A program made the position numbers and the translations under genes. DNA of 61,172 nt from Saprolegnia diclina VS20 (taxonomy: Eukaryota), in the NCBI RefSeq assembly GCF_000281045.1, contig NW_008246076.1, forward strand, positions 607,547 to 668,718, in the 5' to 3' direction. The notes beneath the pieces were generated by a model. That model was not told the DNA's origin and ran no database searches. It saw only the letters and a list, made by a program, of their open reading frames with translations. The first letter of the stretch is position 1. Each line of letters starts with the position of its first letter. Shown piece by piece: positions 21,085-35,217 of this stretch.

Positions 21085-24000
21085 CTAGTCGGTCTTTGCG
21101 TCGAGTCGGTCCATGAGCCGGTTCAAGGTGGCTTGCATCGCGGCCATTTGCTCCACAAGGGCGGCATTCTGGGCTTGCGCGGCTTCGGCCTGGCGCTTCA
21201 TCTGCAACTCGATCCGCGCCACGTTTGACGCGACGTCCGAGTCGGTGACCGTGCTGCCTCTCGTGCCCAGCGACTTGGCCGTAAAGAGCGCTGGCTCCTT
21301 TGGCGGCGGCTTGCTGAACAGCTCGGTGAAGATCGCCCAGCGCTGCGACTGCTCTTTGAACGCGGCGACTTGCGTGGCTTGGATCTCGGTGGCCTGCGTC
21401 TGGAGGTCGCCGAGCGTGAGTTCCTCGTCGGCCTTGTGCTGGAAGGCGTCAACCGCCTTGCCAAACTGGGCGCGGATCGTCGTAATACCGCGCTCGATCG
21501 CGCTGTTGAGCGAGAGACCGTGCACGACGCGATAGAAGAAATCGTCCGACTCGCTAAGGCTCGTGAGCGCCAGCTGGAACGCGAGGCACTCGGCTTCGAC
21601 CGCGCGCTGCACGTCCTTGATGCGCGACGGCATGTCCTTGAGCTCGGGCGGCCGCTGCTCCAAGACGGTCCGGAAGCGCAGCGAGACGTTGGCTTTGGTC
21701 GCGCCGATGCGCTCGGCTTCGTTGCCGAGAATCGCGGTCGGCGCAAAGTGGTTGGCGTGTCGAATGGCTTCGAGAAGCGTCTCGATCTCGCCTTCGATGA
21801 CGCTCTCGAGGCTCTGGAGCTGCTGCTTCCACTCGTGCACCGTTTCTTCGAGCTCCTTGATGACGCGCGCGTCGTCGTCGTCGAGCGCACACTCGGCTTT
21901 GAGCATCTTGTCGGCAAACGCCGGGTTCAAAATACCTACCATAGTACCGTCAACCTCATCGTTTGCAAAGAAAAAGACACTGCACCGTCGCGGTGCTTGG
22001 GCTGTTTGGCGCTCGTGAGCTTCCGCAGCAATGGCAACCGCTCCATGTCGCTGTCACCTGCGTCCGTGTAGCCGGGTCGGTTGAGGTACATGAGCTTCAA
22101 GCGTTCGCGTGACCCAAGCGTGAGCTCCATGCGCAGAATCGAGTCGGCAAAACTCCACACCGCCTCGGTTTTCGAGCGCTCGAGGCCGCGGTCGACCGTC
22201 TTGTTCATGATCGCAAGCAGCACGTTCATGAGCATGACGACCGAGACAGTGGCGTGGAAGATGAGCAGCACCATCGTAAACGTCTCAATGAACGGCTCGT
22301 CGAGGTCGTCGAGTGAGTCGCGAATGTCATATTGACCGAGCATGACAAAGTACGTGCGCGTGAATGACATCCACAAGTTGTCGTAGCCCGCGTCGACCTT
22401 GGTGTGGAGCAGCTGGTAGAAGACGCACGTGAGGCCGATCTGGAAGACAGCGTAGAACATGAAAAAGTTGGCCACGTCCACGAGGAGCCCGGCCATCATC
22501 GGGAGGAGGTAGCCCGCGGTTTGAAAGACTGCAAAGTACTGCAGCGAGAGGATCCAGAGCGAGAGCGTCAGCGTCGAGCCGAGCGCGAGGAGCCCGTCGT
22601 TCGATAGAAGCGGCAAGATGCCGAGGGACGCGGGGATGTAGACGCAGAGGATGCTAAAGTACGTGCCGAGTTGCCAAATATTGACAAACGACTCGAAGTA
22701 CTTCCAGCCAATGTGAAACATCCGCGCTTCCTTGCGTTGCTTGGGCGTCTTCTCGGCCGAGCTCTCGCCGCGGTACTCTTTGAACTCGAGCAACGTGAAG
22801 TACAAGGTCGAGAGGCCGAGAGATGAAAACACGAGAAAGTTGGAGAGGTGCCCCGGAAGATGGGGAAACACGAGCCACAGCAGCAAGGCGGTGGTGCCGA
22901 GCGAGCTCAGCACGACGCCTGCGGCAATGCCCCACTTGACCATCTTCTTGAGCGACGCAAGCGGCGGCACTATCGGCGACGGCCAGCCGTGTTCGAGGCC
23001 CTTCGCCAAGTTCCAGAGCGTGCCGGGGCGAAGCGCTTGGACGCCGAGGAGACCGTTGGCGACGAGCACCATCATGATGACCCAGAGCGTCATCTCGGCC
23101 GACTGCGTCGTCGGCTTTGGGTCGAGCGTCACGGAGAGCGTCATCGAGATGACGAGCACCGAGTGCATGAGCAGCTCTTCGATAAAGAGGCGCTGGGCGA
23201 AAAACTACAAAAAACGGTGAAAAGTGCATGAAAAATGTTGAAAAAACATGAAAAAGGGCAGGTGTACCTCCCACTTGAGCGCCAGGATGCGCTGCATGAC
23301 GACGTGTTCGAGGAGCTTCTTGGCTTCGTACACGCGCTCGTTGTTGTCGGACGTGTAGTTGACGAGCGTGTACAGCGGGCTGTGCTGAATGAGTTCACTT
23401 CCGTACACTTGATCGAGCTAGATGCAAAATGTCATGCACAAATATGGTCCCCATGGTTCGCACCTTGGTGAAGCCCAGTGTGTGGCGGTCGGGCTCGATG
23501 CAGTCGTCGAGCAAGATGCGCCCGAGGGCCGGGTCGGCGTGCACGACGCGCTTGAACAAGCTCTCGTCAAACGGTTCGTTGGTCCGGCGCGCGTACAGCG
23601 TCGACTTGAGCTTGTCGACGTAAACGGACGAGTTGGCGCGATAAAAGATCTCCTTCTCAATCATGTCCTTGCACTCGAGCAGCGCCGCGTCATACGACGT
23701 CTCGAGCTGCGCGTCGAGCCACGCCAGCACCGTAAATTTGATCTACAACCAACCACATGTAACCCTAACCCTCCTGACCATGTCGCATACGTGGTTGTCA
23801 GTGAAGATGACGTCCATATCGGCAAGGTTTGAGAGGAGGACTTGGACCACGTTGGCATGGCCGGCCATGGCCGCAAAGACAAGCGCCGTCTTGCCGTTGA
23901 TCGACTAGGTACATCAATATAAAGAATACAATATTGTACACATTTTGGCGGCGTACCGTCGAGGGGTCCCACTGCGGATTGTCGATCTCGGCGCCTTCCC

Positions 24001-27000
24001 GGAGCAGCGCCACGACAAGGTCGACAAGGCCTCTCTCCGCCGCCAGAATCAGAATCGTTTTGCCGTCCTAGTCATTCGAATGCAATAGTTCAATATGGCC
24101 AATCGTGCCGGTCACGTACGGCGTCGACTTCCTCGAGCATGTGTTTGAAGCGGGGGAGGTTGTCGATGCAGTCATGGATGCGGTCAAAGCGGAGGTATGA
24201 GTGTAGCGGGTACTGGTCGCGCTGGCGCTGCTCGGCCGTGAGCAGTTCCTGGATGAGCGCTTGCGACGCGAGTTCGCGCTCGTCCGACGACTCTGTCGTC
24301 CGATGAAACTCGCGCGACTTGCTCTTGACGCTCTATCGCGTAAAATGTTATACACCGCGTTATAATCCACATCGAAATGTACGTGGTACATGACGGCGCC
24401 GGCGGCCAAAAGCAGCTGGACGCACCCGACACGCAAATTATCGATCGCCAGATCGAGTGCCGTCTTGCCATCCTAGTCCTTTGTGTTATAACACTGTTTC
24501 AAGTGTTGCCGTGAAAGTACTACCTTGTCGAGCTGGTCGATGTCCACGCTATTGTACGCCAGAATCTTGGCAACGAGGCGCTCTTGGCCGTCGGTCGACG
24601 CACGGTGGAGCACCGAGAAGCCCTACGCGAAGCGTGAGAAGCGTCGCTCAACAGGTGACAGATAGCGAACCAGGTACGTCTTGTTGATGTCGCCAAACGA
24701 GTCTTCGAGGAGGTACTGCTCGACGAGCGGCCATTTCTTGTTCCAAGCGATTTGCGCGAGGTTGACAGCGTGGCCCTTGCACTCGCCCTTGCACACGGTG
24801 CTGCGCTTGCGCTCCTACATCCAGGTACAGAATGCTCCTACCATAGCTCGACCATAGCCAAAACGTACGTTGAGCGAGCTGCCCATATGTAACAAGGTCG
24901 CAATGATCGACGCGATCTCGTCGTTGAGCGACGGATCGGTCTCGGCGCAGTGCAAGTTGCGCGCTAAGAAATCCGCGGCCGTCATGCCTTCCTACCTCCC
25001 ATTCATGAGCCCAAGCAATAGTAACAACTGTCTACGTGGTTTTTCTGGTTGACGTCCAATACCGAGGCGTCGGCTGCATCAAAGAACGCCCGAATGAGCT
25101 GCAAGTTGCCCTTCTCGCAGCAGAGCATCAAGGCCGAGACACCGACCTAGTGGCATCGCAACGCTGCTTCCCAAGCTCAACTTTGTGTACCGTGCTCGTC
25201 GCGTTGATGTTGACGTCGCCGTGCGTGATGAGCTTGACGACAATGTCATGGTGACCGTTTTGGCAGGCGAGCATGAGCCCCGTAAACCCGCTCTAGCGTC
25301 TCGTGAAATGACCATACGATCAGGAGAACATGTCGTACGTGGTTGGTGTGGTTGAACTCGACCTGCGTGTCGCGCGCGAGGAGCTCATCCACGATCGCCG
25401 TGCAGCCAAACGAACACGCGAGCATGAAGCCAGTCCAGCCATCCTACATGACAAACTGACGTGGATGATCTGAGGATACTATTGTGTACATTGTCCTTGG
25501 CGTTGACGTCAATGTCAGCCACGCGCAGGAGACTCAAGACCACGTGGAGGTGTCCGTGGTGGCACGCGTGCTGAAACGCCGTCTCGCCGTTCTACATCAT
25601 TCGAGGGATCCGTCGAGACGGCAAGTGACGACGTACGGCGTTGGGAACGTTGGCATCGACTTGGTCGTGCTCGAGGAGGAGGTCCACGATCGGCGCATGG
25701 CCGTTGCTCGACGCATATAGCAAGCAGTGCCAACCCGTCTACGAGAGATATTCGCGTCATTTTCGTTGAATTTGGGACATTTTTCCGACTTCGTCTTGGA
25801 GATTATACTCGAAGTCCGGGTGCGTCAAGAGCAGCTTGACCATGTCGTAGTGGCCGTTCTTGCACGCAAACATGCACGCCGTGCCACTGGACTAGACGCC
25901 CACGATTATTCGATCCCGTTCTATAGTCCAATCAACGAATATATATACCTGGTTCATGTGGTTGACGTCCACGTGTGGGTGCAAGAGGAGTTGGGCCACG
26001 ATCGCCGTCTCGCCTTGGCTGCACGCATACATGAGGCACGTCATGCCATTCTAGGATTAGGGTTTGCATCGCCAAAAAGAACCGAACGCGAAGGAGCACC
26101 TTGTTGGTGCAGTTGACGTCAATGTGCGGGTGCTGGAGAAGCGCCGTGACGGCCGGCACGTCAGCGTACTGACACGCCCGAAGGAGGGCCGTGACGCCAT
26201 TCTATGCGGCGACCGTCAACGATCCCAGGGAAGGACGATCGCACGTACGTTGGCGTATTGGTTGACAGCCAGCGTCGGCTGCGTCGCGAGCAGCGCAATG
26301 ACCTCGATGCGGCTTTCGCTCACCGCCCACAGGAGCGCGTTCCACCCATTCTACGCGCGCCCTTGAGTACACGAAGCGAGACATTGCTTGCGGTCGCACG
26401 CGATCGACTTGGTTCATGTCCAACTTCGGGTGCCCGAGGAGCTGCGTGACGACGCCCAGATGGCCGTTCTTGCACGCCCGCATGAACGCTGTCCGGCCTT
26501 CTATCCACCGCCATGAAGGTGCTTGCCTTCAAGGCACCATACCGTGTTGGGCTGGTTGACATCGATCTTCGGGTGACTCAACAGCAGCGCGACGAGGCCA
26601 TCGACACCGAGGCTCGCTGCGTACATCAAACCCGAGCAGCCATCCTATTCACATAGTGCGTTTGCACCATGCCATCATGTAATGGCGTACGTTGTCGGTG
26701 ATGCGCTGTCGACTTGTGAACGACCGGCTCTTGCGGTCCGGCGATTCTTGGCGCACGTTCTACATACGCTCAGACCTATAAGAACACCAGATGCGTCTAC
26801 CAAATGCGTCTTGTTGACGTCGATCGCGCTGTGGGAAATGAGCTCGGCGACCACGTCCGTGTGGCCTTCCATGCACGCGGTGAGAAAGCCGTCGCTGCCA
26901 AACTAGTCGCAACAACGACTTAGAGACCAAGTCGCCGCGGACGCTTGCACCTCGTTGGCAACGGCCACGTTGACGTCAGGATGGCGCACGAGCCGCGCGA

Positions 27001-27503
27001 CGATCGGCGCATGGCCATAGTGACACGCAATGCTCAGGCCCGTCCAGCCCACCTACGTTCGATCGATGAGTCCACGGCGAGCGCTACGCCTTGCAGCAAA
27101 TCGCGTACGTGGTTCTCAAAGTTGACGTTGATCGGTCGCATGAGGAGGAGGTTTACAACGTCCAAATGCCCCTTGGCGCACGCGAGGAGGAGGCCGTTCG
27201 AGCCATCCTACAGGGGTGCATGAGGGTACCGTCCGCCGCAAGTCGTGGAGCAACCGAAGCCACGTCGTGGAGGAGCGAGTCAAAGACGGGAAAGGCCATG
27301 AGCGCTGCGACGGTGCTCGCCATGCCCTTCTCGCACGCTTGCAGGAAGAGCGTGAGGCCCTACTCGTCGTGGTCAGCATGGGCAGCGTTGGCGGCGCGGA
27401 CCTCGTCGTTGCGGTCGTGGAGGTTGCCGACGTGACCCTTCTTGAGGAACTCGTTGACCTCCGCCCACTTGTCGTCGGCCGCCATCTCGAGCAGTAGCGC
27501 CAT
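21085..27503 (-). CDS. Ankyrin-repeat-rich TRP-like cation channel (>25 exons)
   Basis: About 18-20 ankyrin exons (e.g. GWTGLSIACHYGH, GRTAFMRACKNGH, GKTALDLA). They are followed by a TRP-like TM region: DVANFFMFYAVFQIG (S5), YDNLWMSFTRTYFVMLGQYD (pore) and VVMLMNVLLAIMNKT (S6). C-terminal coiled coil. Confidence 0.8.
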
Positions 27504-28163
27504 CTTGCGCGTGCTCGTGCCACCGAGGAGCATGCTGACGCGAAGTTGGTTGCCAAAGAATGACACCCAAATCGGATCCGCGTTTTTATTTTCGGCATCT
27601 CGGCTGCTAAATGCGGCACGTGAAATTCACCGCGACGCCACGCGTGCAAGACTGGACACTGGTCGCGCAACCCAACATCTCGGCACAAGTAGACTGATGT
27701 CTCTGGATTCAAGGATACGTTTGCGCGTGGATAGCATCTTCTGGATAGATCGGAATCGTAACACATCGCAACAACCCGCCAAATGGGAGAAGCCAACGTC
27801 CCCACACAAACTCTACCCTCCTACCCATCGAGGATGTTAACGACGTAGTCGGTCATGGCAAGCAAGCGTCGGTACTCGGTGTATAGAGTGCCTAGAATTC
27901 CTAGAGCGCCGGCTGGCGCCAACAAGACGCGCGCGCTTGCGGCGAAATTAAATTCGGCGTATGCCGAATATCACCGTCTCGGCTACTTTCGGCGCAAAGG
28001 ACTGCAAATGGCGACGACGGTCGCTCGAACTAAGCTTAGTTAGTACATTGTACGGAACTGCACTAACTAAGAAGACACCCTTCTTGTCGCATCCACGGAG
28101 TGAAAGCAAATCGCCAATCAAATGCAGTGTTTTTTCATACAGCGTTTTCTCGAGCGTCTAAGC

Positions 28164-31100
28164 TTAGGCTGCTGTTTCCTCGACAAGCGGCGCTTCTTCA
28201 TGCATCGGCGCCGCGTCGTCGCTTGTTGTCGTGTCCCAGACAACCACTTGCGGGCAGAGCGTCGCAATGTCGGCGACCGACGGCAAAAACCACGCTTCGT
28301 CTTGGCACACGGCGTACACGACGTGCACCATGTTGCGCAGCTGTTCGATGAGCGCTTCGTTGGCGTCGCTTCCGTTGGTTGCAAGCTGGACAGCGCAGAC
28401 CGCCAAGACCTACCCTCGATATTAGTGTCGTCATGGTTCATAAGTTGGCGACAAGCTACCTCTTGCCAGGCCGTCGCAAAGTCGACGGCGGCATCGGCGA
28501 CCCACTCGTCGAGGTGATGTAAAAAGAGCAGCACGAGCATGTCCATGATGGCCACGGTCGCCGGCGACGTCAGAGGCGCTTCCAACGCAAACGACAGCAG
28601 CACGTGGCTGGCGTCATCGAGCGCGTCGTCGTTCACGCGGTGTGGCACGTCGACGCCCGTGAGCGGCATGACACCGAACCGCAGCAGTGCGAGCCAGGAC
28701 GACGGCGCGAGCGTAGCGTCCGGCACCTCGAGCATCGCCTTGCGCAAGGCCGACAGCGTCTGCAGCCGCAGTGGTTCGGACGACAGCGTCGATGGGTGCG
28801 TCAGCAGCGCGCACATGGCCCCGAGAACCGAGAGCACGTCAGTGTCGGGCAGGCCATGGCGGCGCGCGAGGCCGTACAAGCTCGCTTCAAACACCAAGAG
28901 CGACTCGAGCACGGCAATGGCCGCCGGCGCGTCGACGTGGATGCTGGCCGCGTGCGCGACAAGCGTCAGCAGCGGCATCAGCGTCGGGTGGGCGCTTGCG
29001 ACGTCGGCAGCGACACTCGCATCGAGCGTCGTCACACACAGCCTACTCCCATCGCTCATACAACCTGCCATGACCAAAGGGGGTGTTGTACGTAGCGTAA
29101 TCGTCCATGTCGGGGACGTTGCTGCAGCGCAACAAGACACGGAGCCACGACTGCCACACGTCCGGCGTCGACAGTGGCATGGTCAGGACGCTGCTTAGCA
29201 CCGGGCGTGCGACGACGCTGAGGAGGTCCATGTCGAGCGACTCGAGTACGCCGAGCGCAAACGAGAGGTCGGACGCGACAACGCCCGCGAGGAGCGTCTC
29301 GAGGAGGAAGACCGCGGCTTCGTACCCCATGGACTGCACCACGAGGTTGCCTCGGATGAACGGGTCGAGCGCATGGACGACCGCGTCGACGTGCGTGATG
29401 ACGCGCGGGTGACTCGCTGCGATGACGCGCATTGCGATTTGCTCGAGAAAGATGGCGCCGCCCGGGCTCAGCACCGCGGGCGACGCTTTCGCCTTGGCCG
29501 GCGGCAGCACGACGCGCTCGATCGCCGTGCACGCCGCCTCCAAGAACGCATCCAACACGGGCAAGGACGCCATGCGGTCGTAAAAATCGAGCGCGATCGG
29601 GCACTGGCGGTAGTACTCGTCGATCCACGGCTGAGTCACCTACACAAGCGTACAGCAGCATATTCGTAGACGGTCGACTACCATAGGCAACACGTCCGTC
29701 TCGTCGGTCGTGGGCGGGAAGAAGAGGTCGTCGATCTCCACTTGGCGCGCCGAGACGAGCAGCAGCGACGACGCCACGTGGGCCGGCGACGACGGCGCCG
29801 AGAGCGGCTCGAGCGCAAAGAATCGAGAGACGCTCGTGAAGAAGCCGGACGGTGGCGCCGACGTTGACCGACCGGCGTGCTTGGCGGCCTTGCGCTTGGC
29901 CGCAGCCCGAGTCGTCTCGAGATACGCGGCGCGCGATTCTGTCGAGAGCCCCGACCGCCTACACCAACGTCTCAACCCGCTTCGTTTGCATAGTATGCGA
30001 GTACCGGTCTTGCAGGAAAGATGTCGGCAAGAGATGGTACTCGCGCAGCCGAGCCAAGGCTGAGAGGAACCACGTCCACGCCGAAGAGTCAAACGACATG
30101 TGGCACGACTGCCACAGCTGCAGCAGCCCCAGCGTCGCGCTCGACGCCACTGGGTCGTTGCAAAACGTATACCTAAACACTTTCAGGTCGGAGTAAAGCG
30201 AGAAGCGGACGTACACCACGGCCTCGAGCGCTTCGTCGTCCGGGGTCTCGCACAGCGTCGAGTACTCGCCGAGACGCGTGACGACCGCCATGAGCACCGA
30301 CGGTGCGTGCAGCGAGGCAGCTGTCTCGGCCATCGCCACGAGATGCGTGAGCGCGTCGGGGATCGAAGCCCCGTCCAGACTCGCCATCAATGGCAGCACA
30401 AACTCGTGCGCGACAAAGTCCAACACATGCGCGTCGTACTCGGGCGTGTGGACATACGACTGGAGCGTTCGATCGCCGTCGCTGCGCTGGAGGTCGGCCC
30501 AGCGCTCGGACGTGACCTCGTCCGCATCGTCGCACGTGCGCAGTGGCCGCGTGCGGATCGCGTGGTAGATGGACGTCAAGTACTCTTCCGGGAGCGGACT
30601 CGCACCGTCCAGGCCGTAGTTGAGGTTGTTTTTGAGAAAGTCGGCCAGTGACATTTTGCGGTCGTCACGAATGTTGGTGTTGTGGAGGTCGGTCTGCAGC
30701 ATGATGATCGAGAACGAGAGAAGGTACGGGACGTCAACGGACGTGCCAAAGAGCGTCCGCTCCTTGCACTGCGCAAACGCTTGCTTGGAGAAGCACTCGA
30801 GGATGCGGTCGATCTGCTGCGCTTCGCCCGGCAGCCGAAACGACGAGAGAAACATGCGCAGCGCGTCGACAAGGTACACGTCATCAAAGTCAAACGCGGC
30901 CACGTACGCCGGCAACAGCTCTTGGTGGAACTCGATCGTGTCGGTCAAGGCGCCGCCCGCCTTGCCCATCGTCCCGAGGTACTGACCCACGCAGTTCTAC
31001 GACAAGGGTTTGATAGTCTTTCATGCCAAAGTTGGTGTCTACCTTGTCGAGGCCCGGCGGCAGCGACCGTAGCAAGCGTGCTAGAGGCTGTGCGTTAGTA

Positions 31101-32835
31101 CAAGTGGAGGAGCGAGAGAGAGTAGGGTACCGAGGGACGACGCGTCGGTTGGCGACGGCAAAAAGCCGTGGGCCTCAAGCAGGCTAATGCCGGTGAGGGG
31201 CTTGGCGTTGAAGGCAGCGATGGCTTCCTACACGCAACTTTTAAACCGCTGCATTCGGAGGCGACGGGACCTGGAATCGCTTCTTGCGCTCCCGCCGGGC
31301 GAGAACGTTCTCGGACGCTTCGACGGCCGGCCCGACAATCAGGTCGAATTCGGTTCGCGTGCGCATGTGCAGCACGTGCAGGAGGTTCCAAAAGCCCTGG
31401 AGCGCGACGTCGGCCATTTCGGGCTCGTCGACCATCTACACCACATCCAGTGGATGATACTGTGTATCCAAGATCAGTCCGTGTACATCGACAAAGTCGT
31501 TGGCGTCCGAGATGGGCACGGACGGCTTGACGAGCGACGTGAGCGTCGAGAGGAGCAGTTCGAGCACGTTGGAGCGGTCACTGTCGCAATCGTATTGGAC
31601 AAACACATCGATGACGAACGACGCGTCAGCGAGGAAGTCCACGAGGCACTGTAGCAGCTCGAGGCGCCACTCGAGCGCCAAGCGGCGGTCGACAATGCCG
31701 GGGATGAGGCCCATGAGCATCACTTCCCACTGGAGCTTGAGGACGGGGCGGAGGTAGCACCACACGAGCCGCAGGACCGTGAGACATGCCAGAGGGACGT
31801 CAATGCTGCCCGACGACGGCGACGATCTATGGACGAGGCTTCTTACATACGGACAAGGAGGAAGCATCGGCGAACCCGAGGCGAAGCCAGTTGAGAATTG
31901 CACCGCAGAGCTCGTCTTGGGCGTAGGAGAGCAAGGCCGGGACGTCTCGCAAGTGGTTGCCGAGCTTGAGGAGGATGCTTTGGAGCAGCTGCAGCGACAG
32001 CAACAGCTCGCGCTCGGAGCTCTTGGACGTGGGCTGAATCTACGAGATAGATGGTTGGCTCTGTACGAGATACGCCGATTGCGTACCTTTTGGCAGAGAA
32101 AGCCGAGCACCTTGACCGCGCATGGTAGGCCAAACGACCGCGACGGCGCTTGCGGCAACATTGTTGGGTCAAAGATGATGTGCATCATGCGCTGGAGGCT
32201 GTCGGTCGCGACGCCGCGGATGACGCCCGAGATGCGCGTCTAACCCGTGGAATGAGCTGATAAAGCTTCACGTAGCGCGGTACGTACGTCTTTGGAGCGC
32301 GCGATCGCGAACAGCGCTTCGACGACATGCCAGATCGTGTCGTCCGTGAGCGTCGCCGCGGCCCGGCACTGCAAGACCATGTCGAGCACGCGCACGACGG
32401 TCAGGAGCACATACTGGTCGCTGTTGGGCTCCGTCTCCTGGAAGCGACACTGCGTGACCGCGTCGAGGACGTCGGCGAGCGCATGCTGCATCGGGATCCC
32501 ATGCAAGGTTGCATTCTCGTCGTACACATGCAAGATCGAGCAGACCGCCTCCATGGCCGAGCGTGTGAGCGGCCCTGTCGTGTTCTCATTGCGGATGATG
32601 TCGAGGAACGGGCGAAGCACGGTTTGTGGCTCAAAGTCGTGCGGGTCGGTCCATTGCTGCACTTGCGCTCGGAGGCTCGCGAGCGCGGTCACTTGGCCCG
32701 ACTTGACCTGCACGCAGCTAGCTTAGCATAGGTCTTATGCAGACGCCATGGTACCTTGAGGAACTTGTAGTGGCGGCGGAAGACATGGACGAGCGTCTGG
32801 ATCCCGCTCAAGGTCGCACACCGGAGCGCTTCCAT
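28164..32835 (-). CDS. Large Sec7-domain ARF-GEF (GBF1/GNOM-like), multi-exon
   Basis: DCB-type PFLDIIRNENTTGPLT and AVTQCRFQET, HUS-type FVQYDCD, and Sec7 FRLPGEAQQIDRILECF / YLLSFSIIMLQTDLHN. Confidence 0.9.
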
Positions 32836-33492
32836 CGTCTTCGCCCGATATGACGCCAATGCGATCTGCGACACCACGCTGAGCATACAAACACCAAGCT
32901 TCATATTTTAAAAACACACCACCTACGCAGCGCACGCCGATTGGCTATTGCGCTTCTTGCTGCGATTTCATTGGGCACACAGAGCATTACGACAAGGAGC
33001 TGCGATTTCGGTGGTCTATCAGCACGCAAGTATCGGCGAGGTAGGGCGCAGAGTCGGGTCGACTTCCATCGTGGCTGTTGAGGTTCATGCGATCACGTCA
33101 TTCTAAGGCATTGAAGACTTATTATTATTGTCCTCGATGCAGTGCCAAACTTACTCTTTAGCCGACGCCAGCGGTAGACGCCGCGTAGGAGTGGTGGGTT
33201 TAGCCATGCAGTCTTTGGGACCAGCTCCCTCTGAGGCAATTCGCCAGTAGTGCGGGAGTGTTGAATTTACTGGCGCGCCGCATAGAAAAAGAGAGGGAAA
33301 AAATCCTGGATCCTATTTTATCATCATTTTATTCCAGCGCCAGCGCCACGGGCTCTCCCCGGATTACGCAATCGTGGTAGCTTGATTACGTCATATCACT
33401 GGCTCCAGTAGTGTGCTTGTCCAATCAGAACGGGGCCGGATAAGCAACAACGCTGCCGGAAAAGCCAGATGCGCCGGCTCTGATTGGACAAA

Positions 33493-34392
33493 ATGAAGGA
33501 TTTTTACAAGGCCCGTCAAGGCCGCTCACAAGGCCACTCACAAGGCCACTCACAAGGCCACCAGGTATCGGTCCGCAATGGGCCGTGCTCGTGCACCCAA
33601 GAAGCTATCTCCCGCCCGGTACCGTGCACCCGTCCAAGAAGGAGCGTCGGATGCGCCTCGTCTACCCGAATGACCAGGACGTGTGCTTGGAGTGCCGCAA
33701 CCCCGCACTACTTTGCGACTAAGCTCAACCCGGCCAAGTACAAGTACGTCGCCAGCTATCTCTCGACTTGCGCCAATGGCATGCCTAGGAACACAATCCA
33801 CAGACAAGGCGACAACACGCCACAAGTGCAGCTTCCGCAAGCGCAAGCGACTAGTGGGGACGACGCGTCGCAAGTGCAGCAGCCGCAAGCGCAAGCGACT
33901 ACTCAAGCAGACGCGCCCGGCGCGATACCGTCGTACGTCTTACTCTCACTTTCGATGCACTATCTCTTACGTGCTATGTGTAGAATGGTCGAGGATGCGC
34001 TCGTAGAAGGAGCGAGAGGGCACCCTGCCGTCTTCGTACGGTCCGCGCCCTAAAGATCCTCTCGACGCAGCAAGTGGCCATCGTGGAAGTACACGCTGCC
34101 CGATGCGTCCTTGAGCCTTGGCTCGGTTCCAGACCCCGGCGCCTTTCTCTTTGGCGGCTGCGACGTCCACGTCTGGTGCCCGTTCACTTCCTACTCGCAT
34201 CTCATCGACGTTGCCAATCGTGCCCGGCGTGCGGCAGCAAGTACCAACTCCGTAGCATTGCATAAACAATCCATTCATGTCATACAATTGTGCCAACTTC
34301 AGCGTCGCGCCGCCTGGAAACACCACAGTTGCCTACGCCGCAAGCTGATGCTGCGGAGTTACCGACGCAGAGTCGGCAACGGCGCGCAATGA
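33493..34392 (+). pseudogene. Possible degenerate or hypothetical gene with internal repeats
   Basis: Protein-like pieces occur in different frames with stops. A ~30-nt unit CAAGTGCAGC..CCGCAAGCGCAAGCGACT is duplicated at ~33822-33900. No family recognised. Confidence 0.25.
33517..33562 (+). repeat. 12-bp tandem repeat (CAAGGCCACTCA) x~4
   Basis: Directly visible; encodes QGHS repeats in ORF 33484-34053. Confidence 0.85.
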
Positions 34393-35217
34393 GCAAATGG
34401 GTTACGTGTTGCTATGTGAGAGCGTGCTAGCGGACGGCGCTAGGACGATGCGGACATTCCGCCTCCATGTAGCATGAAGCGCCTCTGGCGGCGACGGCAT
34501 GGGTGGCTGGCGCTGCGCCGACCGCGCGGCCTGGTGCGCCGCGACGCAATAGAATGCCAAAGCACGCCCTTGATATTTGATCGGCATGCCCAGTATTCGA
34601 TTTCAAAGGATATAAAGTCTCAATAGAGCAATGCCAGTAACTCCTAAGGTCCCAATTAAACGGCGATACGCCCCCTCTGAAGGGTCGAGAGCTGTGATTC
34701 GTCGAAATGGTGTTTCTGCGACAGCCGGAACAGCATTCGATTGGCTGGATCTCCTCCTTCAAGAACCATGCAAATAGAGTAATTGCACACTATTTGTCTA
34801 CCACGTAGTAAAGAAGGTGCCATTCCCGTTGGGCACAAGCATGGTTATCCGTACGCTGGGCTTCCCTCGGTCACATCAGTGCATTCTGTGAATCGTGATG
34901 AGGCATGTCGATCGCTTTGCATCATGCGGAAGATGCGCCTTATTATTACTCACGAGTCGACCAGCACAACCCACATCAACGCACACTATTTGCGTGCATT
35001 TTCGCCACCTTCAATTAATTGCATACAAATCCCAAGATAATTGAATGCACTCCACCATCACTTGTCCGGGTTGGGATTGGTCCATTGCAAAGTGTCGTGC
35101 GAGTGGTCAAAACGTGTGGCTTTTCAAAGATCTCTGGCCGACGATTGGCCAAAATCACGACTAACGGTGAATTCCGCGAGGGGCCAAATCACTACAACCG
35201 ATTCCTGACGCAGCAGC

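Noticed and set aside
27940..28010. Short hairpin ATTCGGCGTATGCCGAAT as a MITE end or terminator
   Set aside because: Isolated, with no partner terminal repeat or target-site duplication visible.
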